Part shown: positions 55,683-64,000 of the stretch, piece by piece
How the letters are laid out: every line of letters starts with the position of its first letter
Numbering within the stretch: the stretch's first letter is position 1
Source: an uncultured Planctomycetota bacterium
Lineage (GTDB): Bacteria; Planctomycetota; Phycisphaerae; UBA1845; CAIVHJ01
Assembly (NCBI GenBank): GCA_942492115.1
Contig: CALODL010000002.1
Coordinates: forward strand, 242,803 to 306,802
DNA: 64,000 nucleotides
Direction of reading: 5' to 3'
The notes under the pieces: model-generated
What the model was told of the DNA's origin: nothing
Databases searched by the model: none
Seen by the model: only the letters and a program-made list of their open reading frames with translations
Position numbers and translations under genes: made by a program

Positions 55683-58127
55683 GTGCAGTTCTTCAGCATT
55701 TTCTTTGCCGTCCTGGCAGTCGGGTTCGCTTCCGAGTCGGCCGGGCTCTACGCCCACGAATTCAACAACGCGATGGCCGTGGTTCTCCTGCTGGTCAGTG
55801 CCGCCATGAGTCCGGCGCTGGCCCGACGCACGGCTCCTCCGGCAGACGGACGTCCTGCGTTGTGGCCGGGCGTGCTGGCCGTGATCATCGGACTGGTCCT
55901 GGTCCCGGCGCCGCAGATGATGCGCTTCTTTGGTCTGGCGTTGTGGTTCTGGGGGATCGCCCGCATCGGAACGGTACGCCGTGCCCGATCTGACGCCAGC
56001 GAAGCCCTGGCCATTGGGGCCGTCGCGCTCGGGTTCTATCATCTGGCCAGCAGTTTGAGCCTCGTGGGCTGGTATCAGACACAGGCCCTGGCGCCGGAAT
56101 TGAGCGCCCTCGCCCGAACCCTGACTGACAAACCGATCGAAATCGGCCCGACGTTCAACGTCATCGCTGTGGTGGTCTTCGCAGTCGGGTGCTGTCTCGG
56201 TGGAGCATGGATCGCGCGGCGGGCGGCGTACCTGCGCTTGCTGTGCGGCCTCGCACTGCTCACGGCGGTCTACGTTGGATATTTGTGCCTGTTCGCGGTA
56301 CTCGATCCAAACATGCTGGCTGCAGAACTTCCGCGCGCGGGTTGGCTGGCCCTCAACCTCGACTGGTTGACCTGGTTGCATCCCTTGCGCATTCCACTCG
56401 TCGGTTGTGTCGGGGTGGCCGTGGCCGTGGCCCTGACCTGGCAGGGCGGCATCGAGCCGGAACCGCACCGATCCTCCGTGTTCAGCGCGGTCGCGGTGGT
56501 CATCGCTTTCTGCGGTATTATTGCGGTTGTGTTGCAGCTCAACTGGCCTGCGGCACCGCGGGCGGACGTCAAGGTTGCCTTGTACGAACATGGCTTCATC
56601 AACTGGCTCAAACCGACACACGATCGCCCGAGCAATGCCTACGGCTCGCGCAGCTCGGGGATGTTCGGGAATCTCGAACCGATGATGGGGTGCATGGGAT
56701 GGTCCGCCGAGCGTATCGATACGATTTCGGCCGCCACGCTGGACGCCAAGGACATCCTGGTCATCATTAATCAAAAGGAACCTCTGCCGGAACAGAGCCT
56801 GGCGGACATCAGCCAGTGGGTGCAACGGGGCGGCAGCCTGCTCGTGCTCGGCGACCACACCTTCGTCAAGAATGGCGTGTTCAGTCTCAATGAGCCGCTC
56901 GAAGACAGCGCCATTCGCGTCGTCAACGATTCGGCAGACTACTTCATCGGTGGATGGCTGCATTCGCTGGGGCACTGGCCGCACCAGACCTCGGCATTTC
57001 TGCATGATGCCACCAACGAAGCGGGTTGTGTCGTAGGTGCATCGCTCGATATTCAATATCCTGCGACGCCGCTGGTCATCGGCCGCTACGGTTACTCTGA
57101 TCCTGCGGATATGTCCCAGCCTCAAAAAGGCTTTCTCGGGACGCTGGAGTATGAGTCCGGTGAGCGTCTGGGGGACATCGTGCTCGTCGCCGGGCAGGAC
57201 GTCGGCGCCGGCAAGATCGCAGTCGTCGGTGATACCTCGGGTTTCGTCAACGCCATCCAGACACAGACCTGGCCGTTTACCCAACGGGTTTTCTCATGGC
57301 TGGGGAGTGCCGGTCGCGCAGCCGTTTCACGTTGGCGCGATATCTGCGGACTTGGATTGTTCATCATCGTGTTCAGCGCCTCCGTCGCGCTGAGTCGGCG
57401 CAGTCCGTTTGTCGTACCGATCGTCTGCCTGGCGATGTGTGCAGCGACGTATGGAGCGCGCCAGGTCCTGACGACCGTGGGGCAGCCGCGTCCGCTGGCC
57501 AGTACCGTGGACGAAGTCGATGGGTTGTACAACGTTGCCGTCGTGGATTTGTCGCACAACGGGCGCCATTCACTCGAAGGGTGGCGCGAGACTGCGATCA
57601 ACGGCGTGTACTTGAATCTCATGCGCGATCAGTGGTTTGCCATCGGTTCAAAGACATTCGATGCCGATCAGATCAAAGCAGCCCGCCTTTTCGTGAGCAT
57701 CGCGCCCACGCAGCCGTACACCGCAGCGGAAGTTGCAGTGCTCGAAGACTTCATGGAAGCCGGAGGCACTGTCGTGGTTGCCGCGGACTGGGAGGACCGT
57801 CACGGCGCGGGCAGTCTCATGGCTCTCGCCGGGGCCGAACTGGTGCACAAACCCCTGGGCCGCGCTCAGACGAACGTGCCGGGGTCAACGGTTCAACCCG
57901 CGTTCTGGCGGGCATGGCCGGTGCGTGGTGACGAGCACTGCGAAACCTGGGTTGCTCTCCGCGATGAGCCAGTGGTCGTCCGGCGGGCAGTGGGCTCCGG
58001 GCAGATGATCATCATCGGTGATGGTGAATTCCTGTTGAACAAGAACCTCGAGAAGGAAGAGGGCGCTATCCTGTCGAACGTGCAATTCTTCCGTTGGCTG
58101 TTGACCCGTATCCCCAAGTCGATGTGA
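55683..58127 (+). CDS. large polytopic membrane protein with two DUF4350/GldG-like (GATase1-fold-like) soluble modules
   Basis: About 8 N-terminal TM helices. Module 1 is ...DILVIINQKEPLPEQSLADISQWVQRGGSLLVLGDHT...KIAVVGDTSGF. Two TM helices follow. Module 2 is ...LFVSIAPTQPYTAAEVAVLEDFMEAGGTVVV...QMIIIGDGEF. The start is chosen at a GTG with an AGGAG SD 7 nt upstream (the ORF-track TTG at 55635 is also possible). Confidence 0.6.
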   Translation: MQFFSIFFAVLAVGFASESAGLYAHEFNNAMAVVLLLVSAAMSPALARRTAPPADGRPALWPGVLAVIIGLVLVPAPQMMRFFGLALWFWGIARIGTVRRARSDASEALAIGAVALGFYHLASSLSLVGWYQTQALAPELSALARTLTDKPIEIGPTFNVIAVVVFAVGCCLGGAWIARRAAYLRLLCGLALLTAVYVGYLCLFAVLDPNMLAAELPRAGWLALNLDWLTWLHPLRIPLVGCVGVAVAVALTWQGGIEPEPHRSSVFSAVAVVIAFCGIIAVVLQLNWPAAPRADVKVALYEHGFINWLKPTHDRPSNAYGSRSSGMFGNLEPMMGCMGWSAERIDTISAATLDAKDILVIINQKEPLPEQSLADISQWVQRGGSLLVLGDHTFVKNGVFSLNEPLEDSAIRVVNDSADYFIGGWLHSLGHWPHQTSAFLHDATNEAGCVVGASLDIQYPATPLVIGRYGYSDPADMSQPQKGFLGTLEYESGERLGDIVLVAGQDVGAGKIAVVGDTSGFVNAIQTQTWPFTQRVFSWLGSAGRAAVSRWRDICGLGLFIIVFSASVALSRRSPFVVPIVCLAMCAATYGARQVLTTVGQPRPLASTVDEVDGLYNVAVVDLSHNGRHSLEGWRETAINGVYLNLMRDQWFAIGSKTFDADQIKAARLFVSIAPTQPYTAAEVAVLEDFMEAGGTVVVAADWEDRHGAGSLMALAGAELVHKPLGRAQTNVPGSTVQPAFWRAWPVRGDEHCETWVALRDEPVVVRRAVGSGQMIIIGDGEFLLNKNLEKEEGAILSNVQFFRWLLTRIPKSM

Positions 58128-58186
58128 GCGGTAGGTGGCATGATGAACGTCGAGATGAGCAGTGAATCCAGGAAGGGTGTGGAACA

Positions 58187-61045
58187 ATGATCAGGTGGGC
58201 TGCCCTCTTACTCCTCACCGTGAGCTGGTTGTTTGCGTTCGGGCACTATGCTCCAGCCGAGCCGCTCGTGCAGTGGTCGCTCATTGGAGCGGCATGGTTG
58301 TGCGCGACTGTCGGCCTGACGCGCTATACGGGCCGCCTCCGGTTACCTCTGATTTACCTGACACTGATCTTGCCCATCAGCGTGGCGGTCGCGCTGGCTC
58401 CGCCGCCGTTTCGTCCGGCCCTGGCGTTGCTGGGTGTTGGCATACTGGTGCTCGGTGTCATTTCTCCACTGAAGTCAGGCTGGCTCGAGCCGCTTGGCAT
58501 CGGGGCGCTGGTGTGCGGAACACTACTGGTCCTGCAGAGCCCGGTGTGGTGGATGGTGACGGCGTTCACGGCCAAGAGCCCTGTGGCGGCGATCAATCCC
58601 GGCGCGGCCGCGGCTGCACCGTGGATCGTGGACATCTTTGGACGGACCGTCGCCTGGCTCGTCGGCTGGCTGGGGAGTGATGTCAGCTACTCCGGTGGCA
58701 CCGTGTTCGTGCGCACGATGCGGCATGTCCATGAGTTCCCCTTGACCTGGGGCCACATGGGTCTGCTCACGATCGCCCAATTGTGGATTGCCGCAGCCGC
58801 CATCATCTGGTTGGATCGCGGACGGCGCGGCATCTGGACGCGATTGATCGCCCTGAGTTGGGGCCTGTTCGGGTTCAGCATCTTGCGCGTTGTTGTGTTG
58901 ATGACGCTGTTTGTCTGCGCGATGGCATTCGTCGAGCATGAGAGTGATACGGTGCACGTGGAAGTCTTCTGGCTACCATCGATTGCGGCCGTGAGCTGGT
59001 TGTTCTTTACTCCGTTTCTTGCACGCATCGTCGACTGGCCGCGCAGCGGCATGGGGCCGGCGTTGCGCGTGCGTCGTGCGGGCGCCCGTATGCGTCGTCT
59101 GGCCATCGGTTTGCTGGCACCGCTCGGCGTCGCAGCGATCATCGTCGGTGTGACGTTCTTCGATCCCGGCACGCGCAACGGTGGTCGCATTCTGCTGGAC
59201 GAGTCCCATAGCCAGTGGGAGCGTACGGATCATGAGTTCGATACAGTGTGGTACGGTCACGAGTCGGTCTACAACTATTACTGCATGGCGCAGTACCTCG
59301 ATCACTACTACGATCTGGATTTCAACATGGATGGCCGGCTGACCCCCGAGATGCTGGCAACCTACGACGTGTTGATCCTCAAGACGCCGACCGACCGCTA
59401 CGATGCCGAAGAGATCGACGCCATTGAAGCCTTCGTGAACAACGGCGGTGGGCTCTTCGCCCTCGGAGAACACACCAACGTCTTCGGGTCGAGCGTCTGC
59501 CTCAATCCCGTCGTCAAGCGGTTCGGGATTCAGTTCCGTCCCGATTCGGTGTTCGACATCGACCGCAAGTGGGAGCAGGTGCATTTTCCGGGTGGGTTGC
59601 ATCCGCGTCCCGACATACAACGCGCCGCAGCACGAGCCGGCCGCCGCCTGCAGCGGCTCGTGGGCGTGGATCCCGCACCCCCTGCGGCAGAGTCCACCCG
59701 CATCGGGCGAGACATCCGGCGGCCCGAGTGGTGGCGCCGTCTGGGCGTGCATCCCATCATGCAGGATGTGCCATTCGACCGCTTCGCCGTGTCCTGTTCG
59801 ATCGCTTCGGACTGGGACGTGCGCTCGGTCATCCGTTCCCACGGTTTGTGGGATCTGCCGGCGGACTATACGGCAGGCAACTTCTACCCCCACGTCGAGG
59901 ATACGACCTATGCCCGTTTTGGTTCGATGGACCAGATGGTCAGCGTCGAATCCGGAGCGGGACGTGTGGTCGCATTCGGTGACAGCACGGTCTATTCCAA
60001 TTTCCTGGCGTTCTACCCCGGTAAGGCCGAAAAACTCCTCGGCACCATCGAGTGGCTCAATCGCAGCAATGCGAGGTTGTGGATCAACAAGTGGTGCGTC
60101 GTGGTCGGTTGCCTGATGCTGTTCATTGCGTTCCTGATCGGGCTGACTGTCCGTCCCCACGTTCCGTTTGCCGCAACTGTCGTTGCGTTCTCGGCGGCGG
60201 CCGGTTGGGTGGCGCTGTGGGCCACGACTGCCTGCAGCCGCTCGGCTTACGCCACCCCGGAACCACACACGCCGCCGCGCATGGTCGTGTTCGCCCTCGA
60301 ACATGCCCAGGGCCATCCGCCGACCGTCGAGCTGCCCCTGTTCGGATTCACGCAGAACTACGCCAACAGCTACGAAATCTTCTACCAGTGGGTCTTGCGT
60401 CTGGGCTATTTCACCGATGTTGCCTTTACACTCGAAGACGCGTTGGCCCGCACCGACGCGGTGGTGCTGGCGAAGCCGCAGGTGCCGTTCAGCCCCGCGG
60501 AGATAGACGCCGTCGAAACGTATCTCAAGTCCGGGGGTGCATTGCTGGTGCTCGATGGGCCGAGTAATGCAAACTCGACGGCCAATGCGCTATTGGAACG
60601 GTTTGGCGCGTCGTTCGGCCCACCCATTCGCGGCGGAACACTGGTCGAACCGTCCAGCAGCGCCCAGATCTGTACGCTGTTCGCAGCACGAACCGTCGAG
60701 GGTGGAGAGCCGTTGCTGCACACGGCGGGGGGGGCTGTTCTTGCCGCACACGTGCGTGTGGGGGCAGGCGAACTCATCGTGGCCGGTCTGGCCGATCGCT
60801 TTTCGGACAGTCGGATGGGGGGCAGCCCGCGTGCCGTGCCCAACCGCGAGATGCGCGCGGTCTTCGAGACCGAGTACGCGCTCATCCGCGGCCTGGTCGA
60901 CGGGGATATCGCGGGTGAGATGGTCAAGCTGGGCGAGTACTATCGCCCTCAAGGGTCTGCTGTTCCGGTGTCACCCGTCGAGGGCACGCCTACGGCAGGC
61001 CTGCTCGATAAGCGTTTCGGTCGCCCCCTGGTGAGCAGTCAATAG
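58187..61045 (+). CDS. large polytopic membrane protein, paralog of 55683-58127 (two DUF4350/GldG-like modules)
   Basis: Same architecture: N-terminal TM bundle, YDVLILKTPTDRYDAEEIDAIEAFVNNGGGLFALGEHTN...VVAFGDSTVYSN, TM helices, then DAVVLAKPQVPFSPAEIDAVETYLKSGGALLVLDGPSN...LIVAGLADRFS. Confidence 0.6.
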   Translation: MIRWAALLLLTVSWLFAFGHYAPAEPLVQWSLIGAAWLCATVGLTRYTGRLRLPLIYLTLILPISVAVALAPPPFRPALALLGVGILVLGVISPLKSGWLEPLGIGALVCGTLLVLQSPVWWMVTAFTAKSPVAAINPGAAAAAPWIVDIFGRTVAWLVGWLGSDVSYSGGTVFVRTMRHVHEFPLTWGHMGLLTIAQLWIAAAAIIWLDRGRRGIWTRLIALSWGLFGFSILRVVVLMTLFVCAMAFVEHESDTVHVEVFWLPSIAAVSWLFFTPFLARIVDWPRSGMGPALRVRRAGARMRRLAIGLLAPLGVAAIIVGVTFFDPGTRNGGRILLDESHSQWERTDHEFDTVWYGHESVYNYYCMAQYLDHYYDLDFNMDGRLTPEMLATYDVLILKTPTDRYDAEEIDAIEAFVNNGGGLFALGEHTNVFGSSVCLNPVVKRFGIQFRPDSVFDIDRKWEQVHFPGGLHPRPDIQRAAARAGRRLQRLVGVDPAPPAAESTRIGRDIRRPEWWRRLGVHPIMQDVPFDRFAVSCSIASDWDVRSVIRSHGLWDLPADYTAGNFYPHVEDTTYARFGSMDQMVSVESGAGRVVAFGDSTVYSNFLAFYPGKAEKLLGTIEWLNRSNARLWINKWCVVVGCLMLFIAFLIGLTVRPHVPFAATVVAFSAAAGWVALWATTACSRSAYATPEPHTPPRMVVFALEHAQGHPPTVELPLFGFTQNYANSYEIFYQWVLRLGYFTDVAFTLEDALARTDAVVLAKPQVPFSPAEIDAVETYLKSGGALLVLDGPSNANSTANALLERFGASFGPPIRGGTLVEPSSSAQICTLFAARTVEGGEPLLHTAGGAVLAAHVRVGAGELIVAGLADRFSDSRMGGSPRAVPNREMRAVFETEYALIRGLVDGDIAGEMVKLGEYYRPQGSAVPVSPVEGTPTAGLLDKRFGRPLVSSQ

Positions 61046-61114
61046 GCTGCGACGCGGGCCTGACCTCCAGAACCGTGGGCGGGTGGGAACGCGCGGCCGT
61101 GATCATCGGAGGCG

Positions 61115-62473
61115 CTATTCGGGCAGACTGCGCCCGTTCCACGGCTCGAAGCCATCCGCGCCATTGAGCACATCGAGTAGACGGAGAACGTCCATGGGGT
61201 TGATGTTCTCGCTGCGGTCGATATCGGTTGCGTGAGGCGGCAGCGCGCGCGTGCCGTTGAGATGATCGAGCAACGCCAGGACATCGAGCGGGCTGACGGT
61301 GCCGTCGCCATCGACATCGCCCGGCAGGTGGGCGATTCGCAGCTGATCACGGGTTGGGAGATAGGTCACATACGTCCACGCACCTGCAGGAATCGCACTG
61401 TCGAACTGCACCGTGAGCGCGTTTCCGGACAATTCGATAGCGACCACGTCCGGTGCAAACCCTTCGGGCTCCGACGACAGGACAATGTCACCCGTGGCGA
61501 TGTTCGCGGGCGGCGCGCCCAGCATCAGCGTGATCGACGACCAGCCCACACGCCGCCGTCCCGTCAGATCAGAGGGCTGGCGTGCGTCGATGGCCTCCGC
61601 CGCCGGTGTGCTGGCGATGATGCCATCGCCTGTTGGAACAGCCAGCGCGATGCCCAGTGGTCGTTCGACATGGACCACAGTCTCGATAGCGGTGCCATCG
61701 AGGTTGGCCCGCTGGATGAGCCCAGTGCCCAGGTCACTCCAGTACATGAGTCCGTTAACCACATCGAGCGCCAGGCCCTGGACCGAGACGAGCCCGGTCA
61801 CGACCAGGGTTTCGACCTCAGTGCCATTGAGGCTGCTGCGATGAATGCAGTCCGCGCCCACGTCGCTCCAGTACATCATCCCCGACTGGGCATCGAGAGC
61901 AATGGCCACAGGATTGGACAGGCCTTTGATGGCAATGTCTTCCTGTGCGCGACCGTTGAGATTCGCGCGGCGGATGCGATGTTGTTGTGCGTCGCTCCAA
62001 TAGATTCTGTTTGCGAGTGTGTCGAGGGCCAGTCCGGCGGGCAGTCCCAGGCGGGCGATGATGATCTGCGGTGTGCCGAGGGTGAATCCGCTACGCCAGA
62101 TTTCGCCGTGTTCGACGTCGGTCCAGTAGACCGTGTCAGACCGCGGGTCGATCGCGATGGCTCCGGGGTGGGCGGAGCCGGCGATGGGCAATGTTTCGCG
62201 GACGCTGCCGTCGAAGTTGGCCCGATGTATGACAGCATTGCCCAGATCGACCCAGTAAATCTTGCCAGCAGGGTCGACCGCAAGGCCATAAGGGATCGCC
62301 AGGTCGTTGGCTACGATGGCAGGCACGTCGTCCTGCCCCAGCTGCAGGCTGTTGATCCTTCCAGCTCCGTCGTCGATCCAGAACAGCAGCGGCTCCGCAG
62401 CGGCGGCACCGGCTACGGTGACGGCGAGCGTGGCACACATACCAGCGATACACCAAAACAGATTCGTGTTCAA
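61115..62473 (-). CDS. secreted six-bladed YWTD (LDL-receptor class B) beta-propeller protein with a C-terminal type-I-like dockerin
   Basis: Signal peptide. Blades: LLFWIDDGAGRI, IYWVDLGNAVIHRANFDGS, VYWTDVEHGEIWR, IYWSDAQQHRIRRANLNGR, MYWSDVGADCIHRSSLNGT, MYWSDLGTGLIQRANLDGT. Dockerin repeats GDVDGDGTVSPLDVLALLDHLNG and DIDRSENINPMDVLRLLDVLNG. Confidence 0.8.
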   Translation of the reverse strand: MNTNLFWCIAGMCATLAVTVAGAAAAEPLLFWIDDGAGRINSLQLGQDDVPAIVANDLAIPYGLAVDPAGKIYWVDLGNAVIHRANFDGSVRETLPIAGSAHPGAIAIDPRSDTVYWTDVEHGEIWRSGFTLGTPQIIIARLGLPAGLALDTLANRIYWSDAQQHRIRRANLNGRAQEDIAIKGLSNPVAIALDAQSGMMYWSDVGADCIHRSSLNGTEVETLVVTGLVSVQGLALDVVNGLMYWSDLGTGLIQRANLDGTAIETVVHVERPLGIALAVPTGDGIIASTPAAEAIDARQPSDLTGRRRVGWSSITLMLGAPPANIATGDIVLSSEPEGFAPDVVAIELSGNALTVQFDSAIPAGAWTYVTYLPTRDQLRIAHLPGDVDGDGTVSPLDVLALLDHLNGTRALPPHATDIDRSENINPMDVLRLLDVLNGADGFEPWNGRSLPE

Positions 62474-62548
62474 TTCAAGAACCCCGTGTCGAGGGCTGCA
62501 TTCTATGGCCGCGGTGCAGGAATGTCGCCCACGGAATCCATGGCCATC

Positions 62549-63607
62549 TCAGACATTGTGCCTGACGGGGTTCCGTCGAATGATGAGACCGGCTGCAGCA
62601 ATGATCAACAGGCTGCCAAAGAACCCGATCGCCATTGGCGACAGCGCCGGTGCGATCTCGTGCGGCACGAAGCTGTCCATTGCAGTGGTGGGTTCGAGTC
62701 CCTGAACCACGCCTCCCGCGGGTGCGAGAATGCGGTCGTCGAGGGCGACTGCCGCGATTCCGTGGCGCGGCCGTGGCATGGGCGGGGCAGCCAGCCATGT
62801 GTCGAGCGTGACGTCATAGGCCTCGTGGACATCGAACAGTTGAGGAATCTCGCCACCCGCGACATGAATATAGTGGCCAAGGGTTGCGCACATCGTGGCG
62901 CTGCGCGCCGTCGGCATTGAGGCCATGACGGTCCAGCTGTCGAGGGCCGGGTCGTAGCGCTCATTGGCCGCAGTCGATACTCCGCTACGCCCGCCGAGGA
63001 CATATATGAACGGACCGGCCACGGCTGCATTGAGATGCTCTCGTGGGGTCGGCATGTTCGCGCCGCTGGACCACGCCATTGCTTCCGGGTCATAGATGAA
63101 GGTGGTGGCCTGCGCCTGGCCGCCCGGATTGGCACCACCGAACAGGTAGATGCGCCCCTCGAAGCTCACCGCCCAGGGGGCTCCGCGTGGCGCCGGCAAT
63201 GCCGGGCCAGCGGTCCACGCGCTCGTCGCCGGATCGAAGACGTAGACTTCGTCGCGGGCGCTGAAGTCGCCGCTGTAGCCGCCGATGACCCACAGTTTCC
63301 CGTCCAGGGCAACGACGGCCGCGTGGTCGAGTCCGACCGGCATGTCCGGGGCGGCGCTCCACGTGTTGGATGCAATGTCGTACGCTTCAACCGATGGCGT
63401 GGCCATCAGGGGCAGGCCTTCGAGCAGGCCTCCGACGACGTAGACCGTGTCGCCGATGCGCGCCGCACCGGTTTCCTGGCGTGCGAGCGTCAACGGTGCC
63501 AGGTCGATCCAATCGCCCTCGACTTGCGCCGGGGCATCGGCCGCGCAACCGGTGAGGAGGGCGGTCACGATGGCGATGTGTGGGTGTCGACGCATGAGGG
63601 CCATCAT
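62549..63607 (-). CDS. Kelch-repeat beta-propeller lipoprotein with a C-terminal TM + basic tail
   Basis: Lipobox IVTALLTGC. Six Kelch units (DTVYVVGG, GKLWVIGG, GRIYLFGG, PFIYVLGG, HYIHVAGG, DRILAPAGG). The C-terminus is FVPHEIAPALSPMAIGFFGSLLIIAAAGLIIRRN. Confidence 0.8.
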   Translation of the reverse strand: MMALMRRHPHIAIVTALLTGCAADAPAQVEGDWIDLAPLTLARQETGAARIGDTVYVVGGLLEGLPLMATPSVEAYDIASNTWSAAPDMPVGLDHAAVVALDGKLWVIGGYSGDFSARDEVYVFDPATSAWTAGPALPAPRGAPWAVSFEGRIYLFGGANPGGQAQATTFIYDPEAMAWSSGANMPTPREHLNAAVAGPFIYVLGGRSGVSTAANERYDPALDSWTVMASMPTARSATMCATLGHYIHVAGGEIPQLFDVHEAYDVTLDTWLAAPPMPRPRHGIAAVALDDRILAPAGGVVQGLEPTTAMDSFVPHEIAPALSPMAIGFFGSLLIIAAAGLIIRRNPVRHNV

Positions 63608-63703
63608 ACCCTGTGTCGTCCCGTGGCGGGTCGATCGTTTTGTCGCGGCCAGCGCACAGCGGCCGGTGCCGCCGCTCGGGCACGATGCTCCGTTTCTGCT
63701 GCA

Positions 63704-64000
63704 TTACTCCGTCGGCACCGTGCGGTACTTCCAGTACTTCGCGGGCATTTCGGTGGCCATCTTCAACGCCCCGTTGGCTCCGGCGTACATGGGTTCTTCG
63801 ACCGCGGTGACCCGGCCACCGCCGAGAGTACTGAGCCCGTTCTCGACGAGCAGACTGAGGCCATTGAGGCAGCTGCCACCGCCCGCCAGGATGACGTTGT
63901 TGCGCAGTCGCGCCTGGAATTCAGGGTCGAAGGTTCCGATGAGCGTATGGATCGCTTCGATGATCTCGGGGACGATGCTGGTGCAGGCTTCCCGCAGCGG
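63704..64000 (-). CDS. actin-like ATPase, MamK/ParM-like; C-terminal 98 aa only (gene starts beyond the window)
   Basis: Own reverse translation: ...FDPEFQARLRNNVILAGGGSCLNGLSLLVENGLSTLGGGRVTAVEEPMYAGANGALKMATEMPAKYWKY...*. The GGGS phosphate-2/adenosine region and the ...YAGANGAL...P..YW ending resemble MamK-type actins. Stop TAA at 63706-63704. Confidence 0.55.
   Translation of the reverse strand, partial: PLREACTSIVPEIIEAIHTLIGTFDPEFQARLRNNVILAGGGSCLNGLSLLVENGLSTLGGGRVTAVEEPMYAGANGALKMATEMPAKYWKYRTVPTE

Noticed and set aside
55581-57284. 567-aa minus-strand ORF overlapping the TPR gene end and the first large membrane protein gene.
   Set aside because: A typical high-GC shadow ORF with Arg/Gly/Pro/His-rich, low-complexity content and no motifs. 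The plus-strand product has coherent TM helices and a paralog next door.
61232-62920. 562-aa plus-strand ORF spanning the YWTD gene and the intergenic region.
   Set aside because: It is antisense to a gene with six clean YWTD blades and a dockerin. Its own translation is Arg/Asp/Gly-rich noise.

Overview
High-GC bacterial chromosomal window. Gene content (Bat/MoxR operon, dockerin-bearing propellers, Cys-rich secreted proteins) suggests a Planctomycetota/Phycisphaerae-like organism, but that is inference only. No rRNA, tRNA, CRISPR array, transposase or integrase was seen.

Layout:
- 1-2.7 kb: partial phosphohexomutase, then dnaA with an unusual Pro/Ala-rich tail and an AT-richer upstream region carrying DnaA-box-like 9-mers.
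- 2.7-8.2 kb: GNAT, RsbW-like kinase, flavoprotein, FlgM-like protein, SAM methyltransferase and a GAF-PP2C phosphatase.
- 8.2-8.8 kb: an AhpD/CMD-family gene interrupted by an in-frame TGA exactly at the second Cys of its CxxC motif, with a hairpin just downstream. It is most likely a selenoprotein.
- 9-17.5 kb: S9 peptidase ending in 20 consecutive Asp, an ABC transporter pair, a cyclophilin-FKBP fusion and a NapH-like 4Fe-4S/TPR membrane protein.
- 17.6-27.6 kb: a complete minus-strand MoxR-DUF58-BatA-BatB/C-BatD-BatE aerotolerance-type operon. The DUF58 gene is frameshifted.
- 27.8-35.4 kb: response regulator, M49-like peptidase, an SPFH-GYF protein and two paralogous double zinc-ribbon membrane proteins (one frameshifted).
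- 35.4-63.6 kb: a dense block of secreted repeat proteins. It contains a TSP3/CGCG calcium-binding repeat protein and three genes sharing a ~40-aa six-Cys GACC repeat. Two of those three also share a dockerin-like plus cohesin-like C-terminal module. One of them is a ~2027-aa giant whose central ~1200 aa has Cys about every 7 residues (CPxxPTx), nested in ~1.2-kb super-repeats. The block also holds a zinc metalloprotease, a BNR propeller, two tandem giant polytopic membrane proteins, a YWTD propeller with a dockerin and a Kelch lipoprotein.
- Right edge: a partial MamK-like actin gene.

All domain calls come from motif reading of the translations. None was checked by database search.
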